Shown in pieces: positions 5,546 to 5,574 of a stretch of 5,574 nt of DNA. Where the stretch lies: assembly GCA_964640155.1 (NCBI GenBank), contig CAZXEQ010000012.1, positions 1 through 5,574 on the forward strand. The letters run 5' to 3'. A model generated the notes under the pieces. The model saw only the letters and a list, made by a program, of their open reading frames with translations. It had not been told where the DNA came from and ran no database searches. The translations under genes were made by a program, and so were the position numbers. Source of the stretch: an uncultured bacterium (GTDB lineage: Bacteria; Auribacterota; JACPWU01). Position 1 is the stretch's first letter, and each line of letters begins with the position of its first letter.

Positions 5546-5574
5546 ATTAAAATTGGAACTGATTTTTGCGACAA
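5546..5574 (-). promoter_or_regulatory. Candidate sigma70-type promoter for the terS-like gene (touches the right window edge)
   Basis: Minus strand: TTGTCG (5574-5569), a 17-nt spacer, then TTTAAT (5551-5546). That is 4/6 and 5/6 matches to TTGACA/TATAAT, and it would give a leader of roughly 27 nt to ATG 5512. AT-rich DNA produces such matches easily, so this is low confidence. Confidence 0.3.

Noticed and set aside
1-5574. CRISPR arrays, tRNA/rRNA genes, IS elements or terminal inverted repeats
   Set aside because: I found no regularly spaced direct repeats, no cloverleaf-compatible segment in the three non-coding regions, and no transposase-like ORF or matching inverted termini in the window.

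Overview
AT-rich 5.6-kb window. Every credible gene lies on the minus strand, in one co-directional array that looks like the regulatory, replication and packaging part of a mobile element (phage, phage-plasmid or phage satellite). In minus-strand 5'->3' order it contains: (1) a candidate promoter at the right edge; (2) a terminase-small-subunit-like HTH protein (5512-5042); (3) a 246-bp non-coding region with repeats, a GC-rich block and a structured leader; (4) an orphan 323-aa protein with no motif I can recognise (4795-3824); (5) a 207-bp control region with a palindromic operator over an extended -10; (6) a 62-aa XRE-type HTH regulator (3616-3428); (7) a Toprim-only primase-like protein (3418-2774); (8) a 604-aa HTH plus P-loop NTPase, probably a helicase (2777-963), joined to its neighbours by ATGA overlaps; (9) a 111-aa small protein (966-631); (10) an MT-A70 N6-adenine DNA methyltransferase (595-<1). 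The methyltransferase runs off the left edge and is missing from the supplied ORF track. I saw no rRNA, tRNA, CRISPR array, transposase or integrase. The points most worth follow-up are the terS-like gene with no terL next to a self-contained replication module (satellite-like architecture), the orphan 323-aa gene, and its leader, in which mutually exclusive helices can sequester the Shine-Dalgarno sequence. All functional calls rest on motif recognition by eye. No database search was possible.
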